Assembly (NCBI GenBank): GCA_039583645.1
Contig: JAVKSP010000001.1
Coordinates: 12,360-76,359, forward strand
Source: Solirubrobacteraceae bacterium
Lineage (GTDB): Bacteria > Actinomycetota > Thermoleophilia > Solirubrobacterales > Solirubrobacteraceae
Length of the DNA stretch: 64,000 nucleotides
Direction: 5' to 3'
The notes below the pieces were generated by a model, which made no database searches, was not told the DNA's origin, and was given only the letters and a program-made list of their open reading frames with translations. This document shows, one piece after another, positions 8,822 through 18,659 of this stretch; the first letter of the stretch is position 1, and each line of letters begins with the position of its first letter. The position numbers and the translations under genes were made by a program.

Positions 8822-9508
8822 ATGGCAGGAAAGCCAGCATCAACGCCCGCTGGACCCGGCTCGCTGGAAAGCGAAGGCCAGCGGCCGCCGGGCAGGCGCC
8901 GCTACGCGCCCCGTATGGCGCCGGCCGAGCGTCGCGAGCAGCTGATCGACGCCGCGCTCGATGTGATCCTCGAGCAGGGCTATGACGGCGTCTCGATCGA
9001 GGCCATCGCCCGGCGCGCCGGCGTCACGCGGCCGGTCGTCTATGACCATTTCCCAAACCTGGGGCGGTTGCTGCACGCGCTCGTCGAGCGCGAAGAGCGC
9101 ATCTCCTTGCAGCAACTCGAAGAGGTGGTGCCGGACGATCCGGGGGGAAGAGACCCAGTCGCTCTGCTCGCGGCCGGGGTGCGGAGATTCCTAGAGGCGG
9201 TCGCGAGCCGGCCGGCTACGTGGCGCATCATCCTCTTGCCACTCGAGGGCACGCCCTCGCTCGTGCGCGATCACGTGGAGATGAATCGAGCGCGCACGCA
9301 GGCCCGGATCGCACGACTGGTTGAGTGGGCGCTCGAGCGCGACGAGCTGCCGAGCGACCTCGACGTGGAGCTGACGGCGCGCGCGATCCGGGTCTTGGGC
9401 GAGGATGCCGGACGCACGCTGCTGACGGACCCCGGGACCTACCCGCCCGAGCGCTACGAGCGCTTCGTGCGTCAGGTCATGGGGCTTCTCTTTCCCCAGA
9501 CTCGCTGA
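8822..9508 (+). CDS. TetR/AcrR family transcriptional regulator
   Basis: RREQLIDAALDVILEQGYDGVSIEAIARRAGVTRPVVYDHF helix-turn-helix; alternative start at 8915. Confidence 0.93.
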   Translation: MAGKPASTPAGPGSLESEGQRPPGRRRYAPRMAPAERREQLIDAALDVILEQGYDGVSIEAIARRAGVTRPVVYDHFPNLGRLLHALVEREERISLQQLEEVVPDDPGGRDPVALLAAGVRRFLEAVASRPATWRIILLPLEGTPSLVRDHVEMNRARTQARIARLVEWALERDELPSDLDVELTARAIRVLGEDAGRTLLTDPGTYPPERYERFVRQVMGLLFPQTR

Positions 9509-9580
9509 CATGTGCGATCTACCGGGTTCAGCGCTCGGTGGGCGCTCTGCTGCTTGTTGCCATACTGAAGTCCCCGTCAC

Positions 9581-9654
<74 letters not shown>

Positions 9655-9755
9655 CTTCACGATCCCCTTCAAATACTGATGGTATGCCGGTTCTGGCCTG
9701 GTCGCGGTACGCCACCGCTGTGGATGGAGTAGCAGGTAGGAGTAGCAACTGGCCC

Positions 9756-9782
9756 GGGAGCGAGCCTCAACGGCTCGCTCCC
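9756..9782. other. Perfect 11-bp GC-rich hairpin (possible terminator or processing signal)
   Basis: GGGAGCGAGCC-TCAAC-GGCTCGCTCCC about 100 bp after the tRNA; no U-tract. Confidence 0.5.
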
Positions 9783-9797
9783 GCGCGGGAGCAACAC

Positions 9798-9848
9798 CCG
9801 CGTCCTTTCAAGGGACCCGCGACGCTATGCAATCGCACGCGTCGGGAC
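9798..9848 (-). repeat. Bipartite A-spacer-B element, weak copy
   Basis: A=GTCCCGACGCGTGCG (12/15 to consensus), 25-bp spacer, B=AAAGGACGCGG. Confidence 0.5.
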
Positions 9849-9887
9849 GTGTCCTTGCGAGACTGGGGCTGTCAACGTGAGCTGACG

Positions 9888-10559
9888 ATGCCGCATCCTC
9901 CGAACCGCGATCCCCGCCCGCCGCAGCTATCACGCGACCTCGAGCGGCCGGAGGCGCCAAGCAAAGTGTTCATCGACGAGGCTCTCCATGAGAGCCTGCG
10001 CCTAGAGGGCATCCGGTTCGCTGACCTCGAGGCCGATAACGTCATGCTCAAGCGGTTCGTCCTGACCGACCTCGATCTGAGTGCAGCGAAGCTTGATCGT
10101 CTCGGCCTTGAAGATGGATCGGTCAAAGCCTGCGACCTGGCCAACATGCGGGGCACGGGGTGCAGCTTTGAGCGTGTGGTGATCGAGGCATCCCGGCTTA
10201 CCGGTGTGGTGCTCGTCGAGCCACGGCTGATGGACGTTGTGATCCGCGATGCCCCGATCGGCTCCTCTTGCTTTCGGTTCGGACGGTTGCACCGCGTTCG
10301 CTTCGAGCGCTGCCGGCTCGTCGAGGCGGACTTCCAAGGCGTGACGGCCAAAGCATGCACATTTATCGACTGCGACCTGACCGGCGCCCAGCTCTCGCAG
10401 GCGAACTTTGCCGGATCTGGGTTTCGCGGGTGTCGGCTTGCTGGCGTGAGCGGTCTCGAAGCGCTCAAAGGCGCACAGCTGGCATGGCAAGACGTAATGG
10501 AGCTCGCGACAGCGTTGGCAGCGGCGCTCGGGATCGAAGTCCGCGACGACATCACATGA
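9888..10559 (+). CDS. Pentapeptide repeat protein
   Basis: Recurrent 5-residue units such as CDLAN, ADFQG, CDLTG, AQLSQ, ANFAG, CRLAG. Confidence 0.88.
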   Translation: MPHPPNRDPRPPQLSRDLERPEAPSKVFIDEALHESLRLEGIRFADLEADNVMLKRFVLTDLDLSAAKLDRLGLEDGSVKACDLANMRGTGCSFERVVIEASRLTGVVLVEPRLMDVVIRDAPIGSSCFRFGRLHRVRFERCRLVEADFQGVTAKACTFIDCDLTGAQLSQANFAGSGFRGCRLAGVSGLEALKGAQLAWQDVMELATALAAALGIEVRDDIT

Positions 10560-10638
10560 GCTCCTCGACGGCCGTGCGAGCCTCGCCGTTTTCTCCCCGC
10601 TCCCACGGAGCCACATGCAGCGGGCATAAGCTTGAGCG

Positions 10639-11282
10639 GTGCCGAGTGAAGCGACGTCAGTACTCCGTGTCGCGGTGCTCGCTTCTGGACAAGGCACCAC
10701 TTTCGAGGTGCTCGTTTGTGCCGGCCGCCGCGGCGAGATGGTGGCCGATGTAGTTCTGCTGATCGCCAGCAGGCAGGACGCGCCGGTGGTGGAGCTGGCT
10801 CGGCGACTGGGAGTGGAGTGCGTCGTGCTCGACGAGAAGCTGTACGGATCTTCCGACGGTGACGCTGCGATGGAGGGGTTGCTCACCAGGCGTCAGGTGG
10901 ACCTGGTGGTCTTGGCTGGCTTTCTCCGGAAGGTTGGTCCCGGAACGCTGATTACGTTCGCCGGTCGCGTCATCAACACGCATCCGGCGCCGTTGCCCCG
11001 GTTGGGGGCAAGGGAATGTTTGGGGAGCATGTGTACAAGGCGGTGCTCGAAGCTGGAGTCACGAGCTCTGCTGCCACGGTGCACCTGGTCGACGAGGAGT
11101 ACGACCACGGGCCGGTTATTGCTCAGCGAGAAGTCCCTGTACTGCCCGATGACGACGTCGTCACCCTCCGCGAACGTGTCAAAGGAGTCGAGAGGCGACT
11201 GCTCATCTCGGTGATCGACAGCCTTGCTCAGGACCAGCATGCTCACGACGCAGCCGGAGACGACTGGACTGCCCAGTCTTAG
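10639..11282 (+). pseudogene. purN: Phosphoribosylglycinamide formyltransferase (PurN-like), apparent 1-nt deletion near 11004
   Basis: VAVLASGQGT, LVVLAGFLRKV and INTHPA lie in one frame; GGKGMFGEHVYKAVL...ATVHLVDEEYDHGPVIAQ lies in another. One base is missing at CGG TT- GGG GGC. Confidence 0.8.
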
Positions 11283-11294
11283 CTGTCGAAGGTC

Positions 11295-11996
11295 GTGACA
11301 GCGTTGGTAGCTCCTCGCGCGCAGGTGTTGCAGCGGCTGGCTGACCTGGTGGCCGGCCTTCGCGCCGACCGGCCCGCGCTGGTCGCGGTCGATGGCCCCG
11401 ACGCTTCGGGGAAGACGAGCTTTGCCGAGGAGCTGGCGGTGCTAGTGCGGGTGAGGCGGCCGGTGGTTCGCATCCAGGCGGATCGGTTTCTCAATCCCCG
11501 CGCTGTGCGCTACCGCCGCGGCGCATGCTCGGTCGAGGGCTTTCTGGACGATTCCTATGACCTGCCTGCTCTTATCGCGAAGGTGCTCGCGCCGTTGAGT
11601 GGTGGAGACCGGTGGATCGTGCCTGCTGTTTTCGATCGCGCGACCGATTCAGTCATCGAAGAGCAGCGAGAACGAGTCCCCGATGATGCGGTTGTGATCG
11701 TCGACGGCGGCTTTCTGCTCCGCCGCCAACTTCGTGACTACTGGCAGTTCAGCGTGCTGCTCGAGGTCGCTGAGCAAGAACTTCTCTCAAGAGCACTTAT
11801 CCGCGATGCGGACCGGCTCGGCGGCCTGGGGGGCGTGCGAGAGCGCTACCAGCGGCGCTACCTGCCCGGCTTTCGGCTCTACCTCGCGCGCGAGCGCCCC
11901 GATAAGCATGCGAGCGTCGTGATCGATAACACCACGTTCGAAACGCTCACAGTGCGCCAATGCACGCGTCCCAGACCCTGCGCCCCAGGTCGGTAA
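11295..11996 (+). CDS. Uridine-kinase-like P-loop kinase
   Basis: Walker A DGPDASGKTS; VIVDGGFLLR; RYQRRYLPG..LY. Confidence 0.82.
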   Translation: MTALVAPRAQVLQRLADLVAGLRADRPALVAVDGPDASGKTSFAEELAVLVRVRRPVVRIQADRFLNPRAVRYRRGACSVEGFLDDSYDLPALIAKVLAPLSGGDRWIVPAVFDRATDSVIEEQRERVPDDAVVIVDGGFLLRRQLRDYWQFSVLLEVAEQELLSRALIRDADRLGGLGGVRERYQRRYLPGFRLYLARERPDKHASVVIDNTTFETLTVRQCTRPRPCAPGR

Positions 11997-12134
11997 AGCC
12001 AGGTTGTGGCAGCCATGGGCTCACCGCTCGGGGTTGCGGGGCGACGGCCATGAGATGGCTTGTTGCCCCGAGCATCTGCGGATCGTGCTCGATGAGCCGG
12101 GCGGCGGCGAGCATCGCTTCCGCCGGGCCGGCCT

Positions 12135-12374
12135 TCACGTCGATGGCAAATTCGCGCCCAGGCTCAAATCGATCGTGCCGCGGGCTACCCCGTGATCGTC
12201 CACGGTCGCAATCGAAGTTGCCAGCTGTTCAAATGTCTCTCGGCTACCGACGCCACTGAGCACGATTTGAACGAGTTCTTGACGATGATCAGCGAGGCCA
12301 GACGCTTCTACAGCAACGCTGTCGCCGTCGACAATGGTCAAGGGTGAAAGCGCTGTGAGGATTGGTGACGTCAT
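12135..12374 (-). CDS. Small hypothetical protein
   Basis: GGAGG SD before ATG 12374; 79 aa; no recognised motif. Confidence 0.4.
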   Translation of the reverse strand: MTSPILTALSPLTIVDGDSVAVEASGLADHRQELVQIVLSGVGSRETFEQLATSIATVDDHGVARGTIDLSLGANLPST

Positions 12375-12594
12375 ACGAACCTCCTGCCGGGCCAGCCCGC
12401 CCAACGCCCAGGGTACGTGGCGGGAACACGATCACAGACTGATCTCTCCGGCGACGTGACGCCCCTTCTGCCCGGTCGGGTGCGAGTCGGCGAGGCTTGC
12501 AAATGCCCGCCATCTTTGGGATCGGATGTTGTTCTCTGGTCCCAGCCGTGCTGGAATTTGCGCGCCAGCGCCGCGGTGTGGTGAGAATCATCCT

Positions 12595-13740
12595 GTGTCA
12601 TCTTCAGGGGTGGAGGCGATTGCTGCTGGCGGCGGGTTGGCTTTGGTGGCGGCTGGCTATTGGATCGCGATCGCGCGCGGTGCCCTCTCTCGCCGGCGGG
12701 CGGAGCGCAGCGAGCGGGTGCGCGCTAAGCAGACCGAAGCCGCGGCGCTAGAAGCATCGTTTGAGGACCGTGCCTTCGCACCGGACGTAATCCGTAAAGC
12801 GGTCCACGACATCTTGGCGCGGGCAGCCGAGGTGTGGCGAGGTGAGCCATCGGCGGCGCATGCAGACGCTCGGGTGATACTTGGATGGGCGCGGTCCTTT
12901 CAGGAGTCGGTCGGCAGCGGTGTTCGCCTGGCTGGGCCCCCGTCGATTGACTTGCTGCGTGTCGTCAATCGCCCGGGCGAAAGCGAGGATCGGATTGTCC
13001 TTCGAGTCCGCCTACGCCTCTCGCGAGGCCGCCGCGGGTCGCTCCGCAAGCCACGCACTGTAACCATCGACCAACGCTGGACGCTCGCGCGAGCATCCGG
13101 GGGCTGGACGCTGAGCGCGATCGAGCCCGACCCGCTGGCGCCACGCCTCCTGAACCGCCCCCTCGTCGCCGGCGTGTGGCAGGACGAGGATCGCATTCGC
13201 GAGGAGAGTCTGCTGGAGCTCGCCGCCGCCGAAGCAACTCCCTCGCCTCCGGACCCCAGCGAGCTGGTGTCACCAGAGGCTCCGCCGCGAACACAGCTGC
13301 TCGAGCTCGCGGAGTTCGACGCGCGCTTCTCGCCCGACCTTCTGGCCGCCACGCTCGACCGCATCGTGGAAGCCTGGGAGGAGGCCGGGACTGGGAGTCA
13401 GGCACCGCTCGCGAGCGTCGCCTCGCCAGACGCGATCGAGCAGCTTTTGCATCCGCTCGGCGATCCGAGACCGAGCTTGCGCATCCACGACCCGCACGTC
13501 GATCAATGGGAAGTGGTCGAGCTCAACTTGAACACGCACCCGCCGCAAGTCGTGCTGAGCCTCACGGTGTCCGCCGTGCGTTACCTCGTGATGGGCACCG
13601 AGCGGGTTGTAGGCAGCCGCGAGATCGCTCACGAGATGGAACTCGTCTGGCGACTCAAACTCACTGGACGCGACACCTCGCCCTGGCAGCTTACGGCGAG
13701 CACTAACCCCGCCGCTGACATCCCCAACATCGAGCTTTGA
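12595..13740 (+). CDS. Membrane-anchored Tim44-like (NTF2-fold) domain protein
   Basis: N-terminal TM, AAALEASFEDRAFAPD, ERW/QRWTL strands, second domain with DARFSPD; start uncertain. Confidence 0.7.
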   Translation: MSSSGVEAIAAGGGLALVAAGYWIAIARGALSRRRAERSERVRAKQTEAAALEASFEDRAFAPDVIRKAVHDILARAAEVWRGEPSAAHADARVILGWARSFQESVGSGVRLAGPPSIDLLRVVNRPGESEDRIVLRVRLRLSRGRRGSLRKPRTVTIDQRWTLARASGGWTLSAIEPDPLAPRLLNRPLVAGVWQDEDRIREESLLELAAAEATPSPPDPSELVSPEAPPRTQLLELAEFDARFSPDLLAATLDRIVEAWEEAGTGSQAPLASVASPDAIEQLLHPLGDPRPSLRIHDPHVDQWEVVELNLNTHPPQVVLSLTVSAVRYLVMGTERVVGSREIAHEMELVWRLKLTGRDTSPWQLTASTNPAADIPNIEL

Positions 13741-14615
13741 GAGCAACGCATGCGTACATGAGGAGCGTGTATGCGCTCCGCCGCGCAATCGTCGCGCGGC
13801 AGCGGGCTCGCATCGTGGTGTGGTGGGCAGGTCTGCTGGCGGTTCCCGCAGGGGTGCTGCTCGCGACCAAAGGCGTCTGGACGGGGGCTGTTTCACTGCT
13901 GGTCGTCGCCGCAGCCTTGACGTGGCTGGTCGGAGCCTGGGTGCTGCCAGCGACCCGAGACGCCTACATACGCCGGGTCGCGCGCATCTTGCGGGAATTG
14001 GCGGCTGACACTCAGTTGGCATACGGCCGCTTCGATAACCGGCAAGCGAAGTTCGCCGAGCGGGTTGCCAGCCTCGTGGCGCCGCAGGAACTCGTCGCTG
14101 AGCATGACCGACTCGTGCGCCATTTGCACGCGTACGAGCAACTCCGCAGACAACCCTGGAGTCCGAGCCTTGCGCGAGAAGCCACCGAAGCGTGGCGAAC
14201 GATCACAGACGTCAAGAATGATCTCTGCTGTTCGCCGGGGTCCGAGGAACAGCGGGCATACGCGGCAGCGCTAGATCGACTGTTCACCAACCATCGCCAC
14301 GATTACGCAACCGCAGCAGCCACGTCAGAAAGAGCGAACATCGACGCTGTGCGCAACCTCGCACGAGCCAAGCCGCCCGCGTCAGTCGCCAACGAGCACC
14401 AAGCACTGACAGCCAGCCTCAACGGACTTCTCGAAGTGGCGCGCGAGCTGTACGAAGCATCCGAGGCCGCCAATCCCGAACGCGCTGGCGAAGCCGCGAT
14501 CAGATGGCAAACGTCCGTCACGCAAATCCGAGCAGAAGTCCGCCGCATCGCCGACCGCCTCGATGTTTACGAACGTTGGCCAGCCCCGGCAGCGCAACGA
14601 CCGAGCGGCGACTAA
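13737..14615 (+). CDS. Hypothetical two-TM membrane protein with helical C-terminus
   Basis: TTG overlaps the upstream TGA; two hydrophobic segments at the N-terminus. Confidence 0.65.
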   Translation: MRATHAYMRSVYALRRAIVARQRARIVVWWAGLLAVPAGVLLATKGVWTGAVSLLVVAAALTWLVGAWVLPATRDAYIRRVARILRELAADTQLAYGRFDNRQAKFAERVASLVAPQELVAEHDRLVRHLHAYEQLRRQPWSPSLAREATEAWRTITDVKNDLCCSPGSEEQRAYAAALDRLFTNHRHDYATAAATSERANIDAVRNLARAKPPASVANEHQALTASLNGLLEVARELYEASEAANPERAGEAAIRWQTSVTQIRAEVRRIADRLDVYERWPAPAAQRPSGD

Positions 14616-14973
14616 AGGGCTGCACAATCGGCGAGGACACGGCTCGGACAGGACGCACCTATGACGGCTGTGACCACCTGACCGGCGACGAGAGGAACTT
14701 GTCGTTTCGGGGGGTGTGCGTGCATGCGACCGGACATCGCCGAAGGAGTCGTGATATCGGCGGGCTGCGGACGCTCGCTTTCCGTTGTTAACGCTCGTCC
14801 GCGGATCAGGACAGAGCAGACGTCTGAGCGGTCAAAGCACGCGTCAGCCCCAGGATGTCGGGGGTGCGGCCCACACGCATGCGCGCCGGTCTGCCCGAGG
14901 CCCTGCGGTTTGGAGGACTCGAGAGGCATGCCAGGAGCGCATCCGCCGCGCGCGAAGGGCGTCCACCTCGGGT

Positions 14974-16482
14974 CTAGCCTTCTGGATAGCCGGTGCCGAT
15001 AAAGACGCCGTATGGGGGCCGGATTGTGCGCCAGTGGTGCGGGCCGCTGAGAATTTTGGTTGTCGGTCGGGATTTCGGGACGACGATGTAGTAGATGCCG
15101 GTCGTGGGGGTTTGGCCGGCGGACTCTCCGGCGCCGCCTTGCTCGGCCTGCCTGAGGCTTGGCGCACAACCTCCGCTTGCTCCGCCCCCGCCCAGTGCGC
15201 CCGCGGGTCCGCGCGGGGGTTGACTTGCGAAGAGGCACAGCCCGTTTCGACCGGGCACGATCCAGGCGCTGAGGCCGGTCGGGGAGGTGATTTGGCGGAT
15301 CTGGCTGAGGTCGGGCTCGACGGGCTGCCGGTTGAGTTTCGATAGCAGCGGGGTCCGGGTGTACTGGCGTTCGATGAGGTCAAGGACTGCGGCGGGTAGT
15401 GAGCTGACCCGCGGCCGCGAGACGGTGAGTCCCGAGGAGATCCTGACGCCGGAGCGGCTCGTGATCGCGAACACGGCAAAATCTGCCAGTAGGGCACGTG
15501 GCGCGTGGTAGGCGGGATAGCGGGAGAGGGTGCGGAGGGCTTGCTCTTTTTGCTCGTTCTGCCGTGCCTGGATGGCTTGCCGCAGCGCACGGTCAGAGGT
15601 CGGGATCACCGCGTGGTTGGCTCCATACCACGTGGCGTGCGTTAGCAAAGCAGGCAGCGCGTGCGGCACCAAATGTGCGTAGGCGATGTTGTGACTGACC
15701 GCCGGCGTGAGCGTCATAACGGGCTTGCGCTGGCGGGGGCCCGGCGTGCCGAATGTCCAGTGCACGTGCGCCACGCCGTCGGGCACGATCCCGACGACGT
15801 ATTCGTCTTTGAGCGCGACGCTTCGCTTGGCGTGGTGAGCTCCTATGAGACGGGCTATCGGAACGCCGACAACGCCGATCTGCTGAGCGTTGGTGAGATC
15901 GGCGGCTGGGACCGGCATGGTCTGGGTCGTCCCGTAGGGGCTGAGCGCGACGATCGAGACTTGATCGCCGAGCGTCGGGCTCCACAGAGCGTTAGGACCG
16001 CTGTGGGGTTCGCTGACCACGAGGAAAAGCCTGACCCCGCCCTGGGTGACAACCAGCCGGGTGAGGCCCGGGACGACCTTGCCGCTGCCAGGAAAAGGAA
16101 GTCTCACGTTCGCTGGCAGGCGGTCTGATGGCGTCTGCGGACGTCGCAGGACAGCCAATCGCGCGGTCAAGCCGCTCGCACCAGCGCCTGTCTGCTGGAC
16201 GGCCCCGCGGGGACGTAGCGCGAACAACACGATCGCCACGGCAGCCACCACCACCACCGCCAAGCCAACAGTGACAATCCCGGAGGCGGCGCTGAAAATC
16301 CGCTTGCTAGGTCGGTGTCGACCCCACAGCACCCCGGACAGACGTCCGCCCCTGCGCTCCCGCTCGATCTCTCGCTCAACGGCTGCCTGCGTTTTTGCGC
16401 TCAGGGCCGCCGTGTCGAGCTCGGGGAGCTCTCGATCCCGAATCGCGTACAGGGCTTCGAGGACCGCGTCTCGCTCAAACAT
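14974..16482 (-). CDS. Putative anti-sigma membrane protein with extracytoplasmic domain
   Basis: ATG at 16482 overlaps the end of the ECF sigma gene; single TM GIVTVGLAVVVVAAVAIVLFAL. Confidence 0.7.
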   Translation of the reverse strand: MFERDAVLEALYAIRDRELPELDTAALSAKTQAAVEREIERERRGGRLSGVLWGRHRPSKRIFSAASGIVTVGLAVVVVAAVAIVLFALRPRGAVQQTGAGASGLTARLAVLRRPQTPSDRLPANVRLPFPGSGKVVPGLTRLVVTQGGVRLFLVVSEPHSGPNALWSPTLGDQVSIVALSPYGTTQTMPVPAADLTNAQQIGVVGVPIARLIGAHHAKRSVALKDEYVVGIVPDGVAHVHWTFGTPGPRQRKPVMTLTPAVSHNIAYAHLVPHALPALLTHATWYGANHAVIPTSDRALRQAIQARQNEQKEQALRTLSRYPAYHAPRALLADFAVFAITSRSGVRISSGLTVSRPRVSSLPAAVLDLIERQYTRTPLLSKLNRQPVEPDLSQIRQITSPTGLSAWIVPGRNGLCLFASQPPRGPAGALGGGGASGGCAPSLRQAEQGGAGESAGQTPTTGIYYIVVPKSRPTTKILSGPHHWRTIRPPYGVFIGTGYPEG

Positions 16483-17062
16483 TCCTATCTCCCTCAGGCA
16501 TAGCTTCTGGACGGCCGCTTTTTCCAAACTGTGGGGGTGGCTCGGCGAGGTCTCGTGCCAGCCGCTCGCGCGCCCGGGCGATCCGCGAGCGGATCGTCCC
16601 CACAGGAATCCCGAGCGCCGAGGCTGCTTCTTGGTAGGACAGCTCCCCCCACACCACCAACAGCAGCGCGTCACGATCGCCCGCCGGCAATTCGCGAAGA
16701 CGCTCGACGACTGTCGAGGCCAGCAGCGCAACCTCGTCCTCCGTGGCTGGCGGCGTCGCAGCCATCACCTGCTGCACAGCTGTCAAACGCTGCCGCTCGG
16801 CTCGCCGGTGATCCGCGACAAGATGAGAAGCAATCCCCAAAAGCCACGGCAGAGCGGACTCATGATCCGCTCGAAACCTCGCTCGAGCACGGAAAGCCCT
16901 GACGAACACCTCTGCCGCCAGATCCTCCGCGCACTCGTGACCCACCCGGCGAGACAGATACTGCGCCACCCGGCGCAAATGCCGTTCATACAAAACGCCG
17001 AACCGCGCCGGAACCGCCACCGATTCCGCGATCACCTCAGCGTCAGAGCCAGTAGGCCCCAT
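16475..17062 (-). CDS. ECF RNA polymerase sigma factor
   Basis: FGVLYERH, AEDLAAEVF, ALPWLLGIA, LSYQEAASALGIPVGTIRSRIARAR. Confidence 0.93.
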   Translation of the reverse strand: MGPTGSDAEVIAESVAVPARFGVLYERHLRRVAQYLSRRVGHECAEDLAAEVFVRAFRARARFRADHESALPWLLGIASHLVADHRRAERQRLTAVQQVMAATPPATEDEVALLASTVVERLRELPAGDRDALLLVVWGELSYQEAASALGIPVGTIRSRIARARERLARDLAEPPPQFGKSGRPEAMPEGDRNV

Positions 17063-17114
17063 ACCCCTACATCGTCACCGAGCCCGAAAAAGTTCGCACC
17101 GGCAAGACACCCCA

Positions 17115-17774
17115 CTAATGGAGTTGCTCAGGGGCGGGACGATCTGAGCGCTGCGATTTCACGGCGAGCACCCAGAGGAAGCTGGCAACGCCCTCCGGCT
17201 CCTTCATCGGGACCACCTCGTCGAGCACGAGCGTAAGCCCTGCCGCTTGGAGCAGACGTAGGTTGGTGTTGGCGTCGTGGCTGCTGAAGAACATCGGCAC
17301 GCCGAGCCACTGGCCTGTCCAATCGGCGCCGCCGCGGGCCCCAAGGGCAGCGAGAAACAACCCGTTCGGCTTGAGCCAGCGGGCGATCTTCTCGAACAAC
17401 GCAGCGTGCTCCTGACGGGGCACGTGAGAGATCGAGTAGAAGGCTGTGACGCCATCAAACGTGTCTTCTTCGAACCTCAGCTCCGACAGGTCGCTGCGAA
17501 CGAAGGTTGCAGTCGGGACATTGGCCCGGGCGAGATGGATCTGCTCGTCCGAAATATCGACACCCACAACCTCAAAGCGCTCCGCCAGCTGCTTCGTCGA
17601 CGGCACGCCCGCGCCGCAACCAAGATCGAGTACCCGCCCTCCCCCGTGCAGGCGCCCCATCAACTCGCGCAGGAAACGATCGCGCGGATCGCCCTGGACA
17701 GCTTCACTCCAAGCCAGATGGCGCTCCCCCAAGGCATCGTAGCCAGCCTGCACAATCCTCTTCCGGACGTCCAT
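17115..17774 (-). CDS. Class I SAM-dependent methyltransferase
   Basis: VLDLGCGAG, VVGVDIS, FDGVTAFYSISHV, LKPNG. Confidence 0.92.
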   Translation of the reverse strand: MDVRKRIVQAGYDALGERHLAWSEAVQGDPRDRFLRELMGRLHGGGRVLDLGCGAGVPSTKQLAERFEVVGVDISDEQIHLARANVPTATFVRSDLSELRFEEDTFDGVTAFYSISHVPRQEHAALFEKIARWLKPNGLFLAALGARGGADWTGQWLGVPMFFSSHDANTNLRLLQAAGLTLVLDEVVPMKEPEGVASFLWVLAVKSQRSDRPAPEQLH

Positions 17775-17828
17775 CGGCTCCCGCTTTTATCAACTCAACG
17801 GCCGGTATCCGCACGCTCGCTTAGCGAC
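17775..17828 (-). repeat. Bipartite A-26-B element; B supplies the SD of the methyltransferase
   Basis: A=GTCGCTAAGCGAGCG, 26-bp spacer, B=AAAGCGGGAGCCG immediately followed by ATG 17774. Confidence 0.8.
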
Positions 17829-17829
17829 G

Positions 17830-17975
17830 GCGGCAGACGCCACCAGCGGAGCGAGACCCCGCGTCGGGCGACCGGTGGCATGAGCGCCCACCCGGGCGGG
17901 CCAAGGCTGTCGAGATCGCTCCAGACCCGCAGTCTCGCGTTGGCCGGATCGAGGCGAGGACGCCGCTGCAAGTAG
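17830..17975 (-). repeat. Long conserved leader block (L) preceding Box A, copy 1 of 3
   Basis: GCAGCGGCGTCCTCGCCTCGATCCGGCCAACGCGAGACTGC...CATGCCAC, shared with 40255-40399 and 48262-48421. Confidence 0.85.
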
Positions 17976-17996
17976 CCCGAAGCGGGAGGCTGGTCG

Positions 17997-18599
17997 TCAG
18001 CCTGCTTCGGCCCAGGCGTGGTGCGCTTCATGTAACCCGTAGAAGACGAGCACGAGGGCTGAGAGAGGGTCCGCCCACCACCACCCGGCGGCGGCGTTGA
18101 GGACGACGCCGGCGAGCACGGCTGCGGCGAGGGCGCCGTCGATGACGGTCACGCGAGACTCGGTCTGCAGCACGGGATTGCCGAGCCGCTTACCAGTCTC
18201 GCGTTTGCCTGCTGCGAGGGCGAACATGGCGAGAACGGTCGCGGCGAGCCAAACGATGCCGAGCGTCGAGTGTCCAGGATGCGATCGTGAGGCCAGCGTT
18301 ATTGCGCTTTGCGCCGCTATGTAGATGGCGAGCAGCACGAACGCGACCGCGATGACGCGCAGAGCCCGCCGCTCGCGCCCCGAGCCCATCTCGCCTTTGA
18401 GCTGCCAAACAACGACGGCGGAAGCGACGATTTCGATAAGCGAGTCCGCGCCGAACCCGGCAAGCGCCACGGAGCCAGCAGCAATCGCGGCGATGACAAG
18501 CACGGGCGTCCCGACGACGTTCCAGGACAGCGTTGCGTACTCGAGCATCAGTCCGCGCTGCACGAGCTTCTGATCGGACGCGATGCGGGCGGGGCTCAT
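17997..18599 (-). CDS. Cation-efflux (CDF-like) TM-only transporter
   Basis: SVALAGFGADSLIE and WWWADP motifs; six TM segments; no cytosolic C-terminal domain. Confidence 0.8.
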   Translation of the reverse strand: MSPARIASDQKLVQRGLMLEYATLSWNVVGTPVLVIAAIAAGSVALAGFGADSLIEIVASAVVVWQLKGEMGSGRERRALRVIAVAFVLLAIYIAAQSAITLASRSHPGHSTLGIVWLAATVLAMFALAAGKRETGKRLGNPVLQTESRVTVIDGALAAAVLAGVVLNAAAGWWWADPLSALVLVFYGLHEAHHAWAEAG

Positions 18600-18659
18600 C
18601 GGCGCTCGGGTGTCCGAGATGCCGCTGGGAGCGGTCGAGACTGCGCCTCGGGGTCTGCT

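Noticed and set aside
11947-12138. Methyltransferase-like C-terminal fragment (LIEHDPQMLGATSHLMAVA)
   Set aside because: Resemblance is from memory over about 20 residues; too short to call.
14769-14845. Full elements at 14769-14781 and 52361-52373
   Set aside because: Strong Box B but no Box A at the expected distance; counted only as solo boxes. Candidates near 12458-12509, 19384-19437 and 45036-45093 were too degenerate to count.
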